From NCBI GenBank assembly GCA_016840465.1, contig JAEOSH010000057.1:1-12955 (forward strand): DNA of 12,955 nucleotides, in the 5' to 3' direction. Source of the DNA: Candidatus Baldrarchaeum yapensis. GTDB taxonomy: Archaea; Asgardarchaeota; Baldrarchaeia; Baldrarchaeales; Baldrarchaeaceae. The number at the start of each line of letters is the position of its first letter. The stretch's first letter is position 1. Shown piece after piece: positions 1 to 8,223 of the stretch. The notes under the pieces were generated by a model. The model was not told where the DNA came from. It did no database searches and was given only the letters and a program-made list of their open reading frames with translations. A program made the position numbers and the translations under genes.

Positions 1-2
1 GA

Positions 3-812
3 ATATACCCCGGAAAGAAGCACCCCTATGTTGAGTTTTTGGAAGAGGTGCGCAGAATTCTGATAGGCATGGGGTTCCAAGAAGCACGAGGCCCGTACGT
101 CGAACTCGAATTTTACAATTTCGACATGTTGTTTCAGGCGCAGGATCACCCCGCGAGAGAAATACATGACTCCTACCTGTTGAAGTACCCGATGTACGGC
201 GAAATAAGAAACCGAGAACTTCTCGAAAACGTCAGGCAGACCCATGAAAATGGATGGAAAACCGGATCTCGTGGATGGAGATACAAATGGTCCTTCGACC
301 TCGCGAGAAGACTCATCCTAAGGACTCAAACGACGGCCGTTAGCATGCGTTACCTTGTTGAACATAAGAGCCCTCCCATAAAGATGTTCTGCATAGACAG
401 GGTATTCCGACCGGATGTGCTTGATGCGACTCACAGCATGGAGTTCTGCCAGCTCGAAGGAATAATAGTTGATGAGGGGCTCTCGCTAAAGCATTTGCTT
501 GGAGCCCTCAGGGACATTATGAGAGAGCTCGGATTCAAGGAGATGAAATTTAAGCCCGGTTACTTCCCGTTCACTGAGCCGAGCGTCGAGTGTTTTGTCA
601 AACATCCCAAGTTAGGATGGATGGAGGTTGCAGGCTCCGGCCTTTTTAGGCCTGAGGTGCTAATACCACTGGGAATAGACTACCCGAGGGTGCAGGTACT
701 CGCATGGGGGATAGGAATAGAGCGTCTTGCAATGGTCGCGCTGAATATCGATGATATCAGGTATTTGCGAACACATGACCTGGAATGGTTAAGAAATAAG
801 GAGGTGATTTGA
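3..812 (+). CDS. pheS: Phenylalanyl-tRNA synthetase alpha subunit, C-terminal catalytic part (5'-truncated by window edge)
   Basis: Frame is open from position 3 (IYPGKKHPYVEFLEEVRR...). Class II PheRS motifs: FQAQDHPAREIHDS, LRTQTT, motif 2 RVFRPDVLDATHSMEFCQLEG, YFPFTEPS, motif 3 AWGIGIERLAM. Directly followed by pheT. Confidence 0.97.
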   Translation: MYPGKKHPYVEFLEEVRRILIGMGFQEARGPYVELEFYNFDMLFQAQDHPAREIHDSYLLKYPMYGEIRNRELLENVRQTHENGWKTGSRGWRYKWSFDLARRLILRTQTTAVSMRYLVEHKSPPIKMFCIDRVFRPDVLDATHSMEFCQLEGIIVDEGLSLKHLLGALRDIMRELGFKEMKFKPGYFPFTEPSVECFVKHPKLGWMEVAGSGLFRPEVLIPLGIDYPRVQVLAWGIGIERLAMVALNIDDIRYLRTHDLEWLRNKEVI

Positions 813-2504
813 TTGCCGACAATACAGGTGTCCTATAAGGATTTATGTAATCTCATAGGAAAGTCTTTAAGTTTAGAGGAACTTGAGGACATAATCCTGC
901 TGGTGAAAGGAGAACTTGAGGATGCGACGCCGCAACCTGACGGAGATTACGAGCTAAGTATAGAGATAACGAGTGATAGACCCGATATGTTGTCAGCCGA
1001 GGGGCTTGCAAGAACAATAAAAGGCTTTCTCGAGATAGAACTCGGAATTCCAAAATATGAGGTTGCCCCGCCTAAGATTGTGGCTCGTGTTGATCGCTCA
1101 GTGCTCCCGGTGAGGCCATGCGTTGCATTTGCCGTTGTCAGAGGAATAAAATTCAACGATTACCTCATAAGACAGATAATGCAGCTTCAAGAGAAGCTTC
1201 ACGAGACTTACGGCCGAAAGCGAAGAAAGGTCTCCATAGGAATACATGACCTGGATAAGGTAAATCCCCCCTTCAAATACTTTGCTGAAGATCCTGATAA
1301 GATACGCTTCGTGCCGCTCGGGGAAACCAAGGAGATGAGCGGTAGGGAAATTCTGGAAAAACACCCCAAGGGTGTGACATACGGCCACATAATAAAGGAC
1401 TTCAACAGGTATCCTCTGATCATCGACAGAGACGGCAATGTGCTCTCAATGCCTCCGATAATAAACAGCATCGTCACACAAGTGACCGAACAAACACGTA
1501 ACCTTTTCATCGACGTTACTGGAACCGAATGGGACGCGGTACTCTATGCGCTCAATATAATCGTCACAAACCTCGCCGAGCGGGGAGGTAAAATAGAAGC
1601 GGTCCGCGTAGAGCATCCAGAGCGCTCCTTCGTGTCTCCTGACCTCTCCCTCAAGACTATGAATGTGAACATAGATTTCATAAACAAAATACTGGGGTAC
1701 CAGCTGGATGCTCCTCAGATAATAAGATGTCTAAAGAAGTGCCGATTAGACGCCGAACTTGTATCTGAGAATGAAATACGGGTCTATATACCCGCGTATC
1801 GGACCGATTTCCTGCATCCGGTCGATATCGCCGAGGAGGTGGCGATAGGTTTTGGTTATAACAGGATAGAACCAGAAACTCCACCAACTTTGACTTTTGG
1901 GAAGGAACTCGATGATGCAAAGTTCTGCAGAAAAATTCGTGATATTATGGTTGGGATGGGGTTCCAAGAGGTCTACTTCTATGTAATGTCGAGCGAGGAC
2001 ATACAGGTCCATAAAATGAACCTTCCTCGTCTCGAATTAGTGACAATTCTCAACCCTACATCTCAAGAATTCACCGTACTAAGGAGATGGCTATTACCCG
2101 GCTTATTGCTCATATTGAGCAGGAACTCCCATGTTCCACTACCACATAAAATATTTGAGGTCGGCGATGTTGTGGAGATAGATGAGAGTCTGGAGAACAA
2201 GACTAGGAACGTAAAACACGTGGCGGCGGTTATCAGCGATCATAGCACGAGTTATGAAGACATACAGGCAGTCGTGTACGCACTATTACGTTCGCTGGGA
2301 ATAGAGTTTAAGGTGCAAGCCTCTGAACATCCGAGTTTCATAAACGGCAGATGTGCAACAATACTGATCGGCGGAAAAGAAGCAGGGATCATGGGCGAAG
2401 TAAATCCGGAGGTTTTAATGAACTTTGGGATCGAAAACCCGACCACGGCATTTGAACTCGACATCGATGCGCTATTGGCATACTGGAAAGCAAATAAGAA
2501 GTAA
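813..2504 (+). CDS. pheT: Phenylalanyl-tRNA synthetase beta subunit (archaeal/eukaryotic type)
   Basis: 563 aa; DRPDMLSAEGLAR, QEKLHETYGRKR, GIHDLDK, LSMPPIINS, RTDFLHPVDIAEEVAIGFGYN, GEVNPEVL motifs. TTG start abuts the pheS stop; SD GAGGTGA at 801-807. Confidence 0.97.
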   Translation: MPTIQVSYKDLCNLIGKSLSLEELEDIILLVKGELEDATPQPDGDYELSIEITSDRPDMLSAEGLARTIKGFLEIELGIPKYEVAPPKIVARVDRSVLPVRPCVAFAVVRGIKFNDYLIRQIMQLQEKLHETYGRKRRKVSIGIHDLDKVNPPFKYFAEDPDKIRFVPLGETKEMSGREILEKHPKGVTYGHIIKDFNRYPLIIDRDGNVLSMPPIINSIVTQVTEQTRNLFIDVTGTEWDAVLYALNIIVTNLAERGGKIEAVRVEHPERSFVSPDLSLKTMNVNIDFINKILGYQLDAPQIIRCLKKCRLDAELVSENEIRVYIPAYRTDFLHPVDIAEEVAIGFGYNRIEPETPPTLTFGKELDDAKFCRKIRDIMVGMGFQEVYFYVMSSEDIQVHKMNLPRLELVTILNPTSQEFTVLRRWLLPGLLLILSRNSHVPLPHKIFEVGDVVEIDESLENKTRNVKHVAAVISDHSTSYEDIQAVVYALLRSLGIEFKVQASEHPSFINGRCATILIGGKEAGIMGEVNPEVLMNFGIENPTTAFELDIDALLAYWKANKK

Positions 2505-2579
2505 ATACAAGAAACTCTTTCTTCAACATTCTTCCAGAAAAATAGGTGAATGAAATGTATTTGTTTTCTTATTGCTTAA

Positions 2580-2804
2580 TTACTTTCTCATGAACTGGCT
2601 GTATGCCAACTTTATGTCTGCGCCGGTGACCGTCTTTCTTCCGGCATGTGCAGCAATATCCTTGGCTCTTTTCGCGATTTCTACCGCGATGTCCTCGATA
2701 ATCTCTCTTAGAGCCTGCGCAGCTGATGCGCTAACTCGTCTTCCACCAGCGCGTCTCATTATCCTGTCGATTGGTGCGAGTGGAAGTTCGGCCTCCTTGG
2801 GCAT
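2580..2804 (-). CDS. Archaeal histone (HMf family), 74 aa
   Basis: ELPLAPIDRIMRRAGGRRVS...HAGRKTVTGADIKLA histone-fold signature. ATG at 2804 is preferred over GTG 2813 because SD GGGGTGA lies 5 nt upstream of it. Confidence 0.95.
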   Translation of the reverse strand: MPKEAELPLAPIDRIMRRAGGRRVSASAAQALREIIEDIAVEIAKRAKDIAAHAGRKTVTGADIKLAYSQFMRK

Positions 2805-3308
2805 AGCATTCACCCCATGACCTCACGCATTCTAACATTTGTTGCTTACACTCAAGATCGAAATGTGACCTCTTTCCTTTATTAATCTACCGCACAAGAT
2901 TAGCGATAGTAGCTATTTACTACACATACCATCAACCATGATGGGTAGAATGTACTACTAATGAGGCTCATGCATCTTAGTGACCTTTTATAGCTATCAT
3001 CAATCCGTTCCCATATCAATACTTCTTATTACTCCTAGTGTATAGTTTTGCTTGTTTGTAAGCATAATTATCCGACCATATGCATGATGTCATGTCATTT
3101 CTCGATTTTTTCATTATTATAATCTAATATTCAAAGATGCGAAAAATTTAATGTAGAATATACGTCAATTACAATTTTTTCCGTAATATTTAATATAGTC
3201 GTGCAATAAATCCATTAAGCTATCAATTGGTGAATCATTATGTCATTAAGAAGGCATAAACCCCAAGTACCTTCTATTCGTAAACAAATCCATCATTATA
3301 ACTTGTGA

Positions 3309-3563
3309 TAACAACCATGTGACGGAAGTCTTCCGGACTCCCGTGGGGATCTTCCACGAGCAATGAGGTTGTTAAACCGTTCTGACTCTCCGCCACTTTT
3401 GTTGCAATTGACGCGTGCGTGGCGGAGAGCCTTCCCGTCTCGGGGTCCATCGACGGGCTTTCGCGGGGAGCGGTGCTCCGTACATCCATCTGACCCCCTT
3501 CGCTCCGCCCTTTCGGGCCTCCCTCCCTCTCACCGTCCCTCCCACATCCCGGGCGGAGCCCGC
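3309..3563 (-). ncRNA. Candidate structured ncRNA of unknown class (~255 nt)
   Basis: GC-rich island in AT-rich flanks. Stems: 3559-3551/3510-3502 (9 bp), 3479-3475/3471-3467, 3457-3452/3439-3434, 3429-3419/3396-3386 (11 bp), 3374-3367/3316-3309 (8 bp). GAAA tetraloops read on the minus strand; BRE/TATA is correctly placed upstream. Confidence 0.6.
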
Positions 3564-3581
3564 TTAACACAACAGAAGTCC

Positions 3582-3596
3582 TTTATAAGGGTTTTG
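3582..3596 (-). promoter_or_regulatory. Archaeal BRE-TATA promoter (CAAAACCC-TTATAAA) pointing into the GC-rich element
   Basis: Minus strand reads caaaacccTTATAAAggac; the GC-rich stem starts about 22-25 nt downstream of the TATA centre, the expected TSS spacing. Confidence 0.6.
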
Positions 3597-4273
3597 AGGT
3601 TGCAAAGGTGCATGAGGGCAGCAAATGCAACACTATACGTTTCTGCCTCAGCACAATGAAACATATTTCTGATGGAGGATATTACTACCGAAAGGAAGTT
3701 AACCCAAATTGTTACTTAGTTGTTGATAGAGGATAAGTATTGACATCTTGAATTCATAAACCCCGACTATAGCCGCGAATTTGCATTCACGGAGCCTAAT
3801 GGTCACACAGTAAAAAAGAATATCTATGAATACCATCCACGTGGGATATTTATTTGGTTACTGTAAAACTTTCCGGCCAGTATTACCGCTGGCATCCATA
3901 AAGGCTCGCATGGTAACTCCTCTAGCGATGGCCTTCTAACAGGCCAATATCAAGTATAACAGATGACATCACATTAATTAAGAAAATAATGCTTGAAAAT
4001 TCCGAAGATGTCCCCGTGACGGACAAATATGTGGCTACATGGAGGATTTTTGAAGTCGATAATGTTGTTAAGGATTAGAAGTAGTAAGTCTTGCCGCAAA
4101 AAAAGTATTGAGGAACATTGCCTTAAGAATTGAAATGGGAAAATCGTTCAAGGCGAGCGAGGAACAAATTAATATACTGATAAGCTAGTCATCATTGACA
4201 ATCCTTCATTATGCAACTTTCACAAATGAGTTCCAGCGCTTCAATCAGAATCCATACTTTGGAGAGTAGCAAT

Positions 4274-5245
4274 ATGACACATTATGAAAATGTTGTCGTC
4301 ACCGGAGGTGCAGGCTTTTTAGGTAGTCATCTCGTTGACAAACTCATTTTTCGGGGATGCAACGTCACGGTGATCGATAACTTGAGTTCAGGCAAAATCG
4401 ATAATTTGAGAGTCTCGCTTACCAGCGGGCGCCTCAGAGTCGTCATACAGGATCTAAAAAACGTGAATGATGAGTGGATGGCTGAATTTAAAAACAAGGA
4501 CGTAGTGTTTCATTTCGCTGCGAATCCAGAAGTTAGGGTTTCGGTTACCGACCCGCAAATTCACTTTGAGGAGAACCTTCGGGTGACTTTCAACGTGTTA
4601 GAAGCTATGCGAAAATGTGATGTGCCCCTTATAGTGTTCGCCTCCACAAGTACTGTTTACGGGGATGCGAAGAAGATCCCAACACCGGAGGATTATCATC
4701 CTCTGGAGCCGATTTCGGTGTATGGTGCAGTGAAGCTTGCGTGTGAGGTACTAATACAGACGTATTCAAAGCTTTATGGCATCAGGGGATTAATCCTGAG
4801 ATATGCGAATATCATCGGTGCTCGATCAACGCATGGGGTTATAGTCGATTTCATAAGAAAATTGAGGCATAATCCGAAAGAGCTTGAGATTCTCGGAGAT
4901 GGAACACAACGCAAAAGTTATCTGCACGTAAGCGATGCCGTGGACGCCACACTACACGCGCTTGACGTATTTGTGGAGGGCAGCCTTCCATGTGACGTTT
5001 ATAATATTGGGAGTGAAGATTGGATTTCGGTGAGGGAGATCGCGGACATAATCGTAGAGGAGATAGGACTGGAAAATGTAAAGTATGTTTACAAGCCCAT
5101 GACTGCGGATGGAAGAGGATGGCCCGGCGACGTGAAGTTCATGTTGCTGGATATCAGCAAAATAAAAGGGACGGGGTGGAAGCCAAGACTTAACAGCAGG
5201 GATGCTGTAAGAAAAACTGTCAGAGAATTATTGGGGAAAGAATGA
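4274..5245 (+). CDS. NAD-dependent epimerase/dehydratase (extended SDR, UDP-glucose 4-epimerase-like)
   Basis: VVVTGGAGFLGSH Rossmann motif, HFAANPEVR, FASTSTVYG, catalytic YGAVK (YxxxK), GDGTQRKSY. ATG 4274 with SD GGAGA at 4261-4265 is preferred over ORF start 4211. Confidence 0.93.
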   Translation: MTHYENVVVTGGAGFLGSHLVDKLIFRGCNVTVIDNLSSGKIDNLRVSLTSGRLRVVIQDLKNVNDEWMAEFKNKDVVFHFAANPEVRVSVTDPQIHFEENLRVTFNVLEAMRKCDVPLIVFASTSTVYGDAKKIPTPEDYHPLEPISVYGAVKLACEVLIQTYSKLYGIRGLILRYANIIGARSTHGVIVDFIRKLRHNPKELEILGDGTQRKSYLHVSDAVDATLHALDVFVEGSLPCDVYNIGSEDWISVREIADIIVEEIGLENVKYVYKPMTADGRGWPGDVKFMLLDISKIKGTGWKPRLNSRDAVRKTVRELLGKE

Positions 5246-5275
5246 ATTTTTTGCTTACCGATACACCTTGACTCG

Positions 5276-5491
5276 TTATAAGTAACCCAGACTCCTGAGC
5301 CTTCTCTTTATCTCTTCCTCCTCTTCAGGAGAGTACACTTCTTCCTCCTCTTCCTCCTCTAGCACTTCATTAAGGACAAACTCCACAAACTCCTCGATGC
5401 TCTCGAAGCCACCACTCTCCTTTACGTGCTTTTTCAATCTCTCGTAGAGTTCTTTTTTTATGTAAATCGGAACTTTTTCCTCCGACATCAT
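5276..5491 (-). CDS. Small CopG/ribbon-helix-helix-like protein with acidic tract and RLRSLGYL tail
   Basis: VPIYIKKELYERLK...GFESIEEFVEFVLNEVL fits the RHH beta-alpha-alpha pattern; paralogous to the 9384-9617 protein; SD GGGGTGG upstream. Confidence 0.8.
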   Translation of the reverse strand: MMSEEKVPIYIKKELYERLKKHVKESGGFESIEEFVEFVLNEVLEEEEEEEVYSPEEEEEIKRRLRSLGYL

Positions 5492-5506
5492 CCCACCCCT
5501 TTTCTA

Positions 5507-6262
5507 TTATAGCAACAGAATTATTCCCATCATGAAGAGTAGTGCGGAGAGTGTATAGAGTATGTAGCGGTCTGGAATTTTATGGTTTATGAAGAAACCC
5601 ATTGTAACACCGGGTATCGATCCCATCAAAAGCGTGAGAACCAAGAATATGTCGACATTTCCAATGATTGCATGTATGATTGCGGCCAATGACGTGACTA
5701 CAAAACTGTACACCATGTCGGTGCCTACAATCTTTCCGCCCTTCTTCATGAAGCGAAGAAGAACAAGAGCGAGAATCGTTCCACTTCCGACAGATGTGAA
5801 CACCACAACCACTCCTATTAGGAATCCTACAAATACGAAAAACACCCAGTTATACTCCTGAGCACGATATAATCGCTCTTTCTTGTCATTTCCTCTATAC
5901 AATCTGATTATATGAAGAGTAGAAGTTAAGATGAGTATCGACGAGAGCAAGTACCTTATAACAAGGTTCACAATGGTAGATTGCATTATGGTTCGTAGAA
6001 TCAACGCACTAATCACAATGGACGGTATTGTTCCCATCAAGAGGGGAGCCACTATTTTGAATTCGACCTTCCTAGACTTCATGTAAAGTGATGAGCCCAC
6101 CCCTCTTGTTATCGACATGTAAAGAAGATCAGATCCCACTGCGCGTATTGGGGGAACTCCTAGTAGCATGAGAGCGGGTGTAAGGACAGCACCTCCTCCC
6201 ATTCCGCTAAGTCCTATTAACATTCCAATTACGAAACCTAAAAGTATGATAAGAGGGTTCAT
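5507..6262 (-). CDS. Sulfite exporter TauE/SafE family (TSUP) membrane protein
   Basis: Multi-pass hydrophobic protein with duplicated GLSGMGGGAVLTP / TSVGSGTI motifs and AVGSDL / IVGTD repeats; SD GGTGA. Confidence 0.9.
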   Translation of the reverse strand: MNPLIILLGFVIGMLIGLSGMGGGAVLTPALMLLGVPPIRAVGSDLLYMSITRGVGSSLYMKSRKVEFKIVAPLLMGTIPSIVISALILRTIMQSTIVNLVIRYLLSSILILTSTLHIIRLYRGNDKKERLYRAQEYNWVFFVFVGFLIGVVVVFTSVGSGTILALVLLRFMKKGGKIVGTDMVYSFVVTSLAAIIHAIIGNVDIFLVLTLLMGSIPGVTMGFFINHKIPDRYILYTLSALLFMMGIILLL

Positions 6263-6276
6263 GAGTTTTCACCGGA

Positions 6277-6819
6277 TTATTGTAAGCAACCAAGTTTGCG
6301 GAGCGTCTCCAATATTTTCCTAGAACACTCCTCGGGGTTCTCATGTTCTGTATCTACGATAACTTCCGGTTTTTCAGGCTCCTCATAGACGTCCTGTATC
6401 CCAGTCATGTTCTTTATTTCCCCACTGAGTGCCTTCTTATACAGTCCTTTCGGATCCCTGCGTATGCACTCCTCTAAGCTACATTTTACATACACTTCCA
6501 CGAATTTTAACCCCTCCTGCTCGATTATTCTCCTTGCTTCCTCTCTTATGCTCCGATAAGGAGAAACAAAGGACGCTACCACCGCAACGCCATTTCTCGC
6601 TAATAGCTTGGAAACGTATGCAACTCTTCTGAGGTGTCTTTCCCTGTCCTCCCTGCTAAAGCCCGCCTCGGGACTAAGCCACTTTCTTACCTCGTCCCCA
6701 TCTAAAAGTTCAACCTTTAGCCCCATTTCCTTAAGATGTCGCTCAAGGTGTCGAGCAATAGTGGTCTTACCGGATCCAGGCAGTCCCGTTAGCCATACGA
6801 CAAACCCCTTCTCCATCAT
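6277..6819 (-). CDS. cysC: Adenylyl-sulfate (APS) kinase
   Basis: WLTGLPGSGKTT P-loop, LLDGDEVR, GFSREDR, SFVSPY, RRDPKGLYKKA, MTGIQDVYEEP. SD GAGGAGG; ATG overlaps the upstream TGA. Confidence 0.96.
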   Translation of the reverse strand: MMEKGFVVWLTGLPGSGKTTIARHLERHLKEMGLKVELLDGDEVRKWLSPEAGFSREDRERHLRRVAYVSKLLARNGVAVVASFVSPYRSIREEARRIIEQEGLKFVEVYVKCSLEECIRRDPKGLYKKALSGEIKNMTGIQDVYEEPEKPEVIVDTEHENPEECSRKILETLRKLGCLQ

Positions 6820-8204
6820 AACACCTCCTCTATTACCCTCCCCTCCATTGTTGGTGGCACGGAGATCCCCATGAGTTTTAAAACCGTGGGCGCAATATCA
6901 AGGATATTCACATCCACCCTTCTACCGTTTAGGTTTCTACGAGGGTCAAAAAAGATGAAAATTCCATCATAGTCGTGCACCGCATCATCGGGTCCCGTGT
7001 CATTTTCCGGCAGATAAAGGGTATTATGACCTATTGTTCCGGCGGACCTCCAGTAAAGGTCATCAAAGTAGACCATTAGGTCCGGCGGCTCCCCCTTACA
7101 AACGGGGTATAATTCCTCGGGCTTAAAGACCTTAGTGTTCCACTTTTCGCCATTCGGTCCCCTTATATTCAGAATTTTCCGCTTCAGTTCCTCCCTAACG
7201 CGCTCATAGTCTTCCGGATCTACAACTCCACTCTTTTCTCTTCCCTTCACATTTATGAAAATCCTCGCATAGTACCCACCCCATCCCCATGCGATAGTAT
7301 TTTCCCAGTCGACATCCGCCTTTTCGAGATCTGTGACCTTTTCGGGCCGCTTCTTCAGCTTCAGGTACCCCTCCTTTATCAACCACTCATTTATGCAGAA
7401 AGCCCCCTTCATCCTCTTCGCACCATGATCTGATACCACAAAAACCACAGTGTCATCGTCTATCAGCGATAGTATTTCTCCCACTTCTCGGTCGAGGTAC
7501 TTGTAGTAGTCCCTGATCACGTTTTCGTACTTCGTCCCCGGCTGGTAGAGATGATGCTCCTTATCAAAGAACTTCCAGAAGGCGTGTTGTATCCTGTCGA
7601 GACCTATCTCGACAAACATGAAGAAATCCCAGGGCTTCTCTGTCAGAAGGTACTTTATCACCTTAAACCTCTTCTCCGTCATTTCATATATTTCCCTTAG
7701 CACGGCATCCCTATCTTCTCGCCTGAAGGGCACATCTATTATGTACTCGCCCACTAGCCGCTCTATCTCCTCCTTAAGTTCTGGCGGATACGTGTACTCC
7801 CTCTTAGTGTCAGGAGTCATGAGGCAGGAAATCAGCCATCCATTGACGCGAGGCGGCGGATATGTTGGTGGGACACCAACGAGACAGACCTTCCTTCCTC
7901 TCTCACCTATGTAGTCCCATATCTTTTTCACTTTTATCGACCGAGATGATGGTAGAGATATCTCCGTGTACGAGTACCTCTTCCTGTGCCTAAACCCATA
8001 GAGCCCCAATCTTCCTGGATTAACACTCGTAACCATGACTATCCACGCAGGTATCGTTATAGGAGGATCGCAGGATCTCAATTTTCCATATGCTCCCCTC
8101 TCTATCAGCTCCCTCAGGTTCGGGAGATCTTCCCTGAATTGCTCGAAGACAAGTTGCGGAGCTGCGGCATCTAACCCGATTATCAAAACTTTCCTTCCAT
8201 TCAA
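6816..8204 (-). CDS. Alkaline phosphatase superfamily protein (type I phosphodiesterase / nucleotide pyrophosphatase-like)
   Basis: IIGLD first metal ligand, PPITIPAW (Thr nucleophile position), GLDRIQH, VSDHG, DDAVH, DIAPTVL. TTG at 8204 follows SD AAGGAGGT and is preferred over ORF start 8246, which overlaps sat. Confidence 0.9.
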   Translation of the reverse strand: MNGRKVLIIGLDAAAPQLVFEQFREDLPNLRELIERGAYGKLRSCDPPITIPAWIVMVTSVNPGRLGLYGFRHRKRYSYTEISLPSSRSIKVKKIWDYIGERGRKVCLVGVPPTYPPPRVNGWLISCLMTPDTKREYTYPPELKEEIERLVGEYIIDVPFRREDRDAVLREIYEMTEKRFKVIKYLLTEKPWDFFMFVEIGLDRIQHAFWKFFDKEHHLYQPGTKYENVIRDYYKYLDREVGEILSLIDDDTVVFVVSDHGAKRMKGAFCINEWLIKEGYLKLKKRPEKVTDLEKADVDWENTIAWGWGGYYARIFINVKGREKSGVVDPEDYERVREELKRKILNIRGPNGEKWNTKVFKPEELYPVCKGEPPDLMVYFDDLYWRSAGTIGHNTLYLPENDTGPDDAVHDYDGIFIFFDPRRNLNGRRVDVNILDIAPTVLKLMGISVPPTMEGRVIEEVL

Positions 8205-8223
8205 GATATGAACCTCCTTTCGG

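Noticed and set aside
2572-2820. 82-aa plus-strand ORF
   Set aside because: Antisense shadow of the clearly recognisable histone gene.
2821-3300. AT-rich stretch as replication origin or CRISPR leader
   Set aside because: No ORB motifs, no adjacent cdc6/orc1, and no repeat-spacer array seen.
3380-3470. Cobalamin riboswitch resemblance (AGCC...GGGAAGG at 3436-3430; AGUCAGAA at 3387-3380; CUCCCCGC)
   Set aside because: The 5' core (AGGGAA..GGUG..AAUCC), GCAACUGU and terminal GACCUGCC are missing, and no B12-related gene lies downstream. A cmsearch with RF00174 would settle it.
3503-3521. SRP helix-8-like AGGCCCGAAAGGG
   Set aside because: Lacks the CAGG/AGCA symmetric loop and the surrounding SRP architecture.
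3561-3590. RNase P CR-V-like ACAGAA on plus strand
   Set aside because: Not followed by the P4 3' strand (GGCUUA), and no GAGGAAAGUCC-type CR-I upstream.
3274-3659. ORFs 3274-3570 (-) and 3363-3659 (+), 98 aa each
   Set aside because: No recognisable motifs, and they are open because of high GC. The minus ORF's GTG start lies between the TATA box and the predicted TSS.
3923-3970. Fluoride (crcB) riboswitch-like GCGAUGG...AAC...GAUGAC
   Set aside because: P1 and pseudoknot pairings do not form, and no fluoride-related gene follows.
4274-5245. Epimerase as UDP-sulfoquinovose synthase (SqdB/Agl3), given the nearby sulfur genes
   Set aside because: Lacks the SqdB-type GxDGYxG and EQRSAPYS signatures; looks like a generic GalE-like extended SDR.
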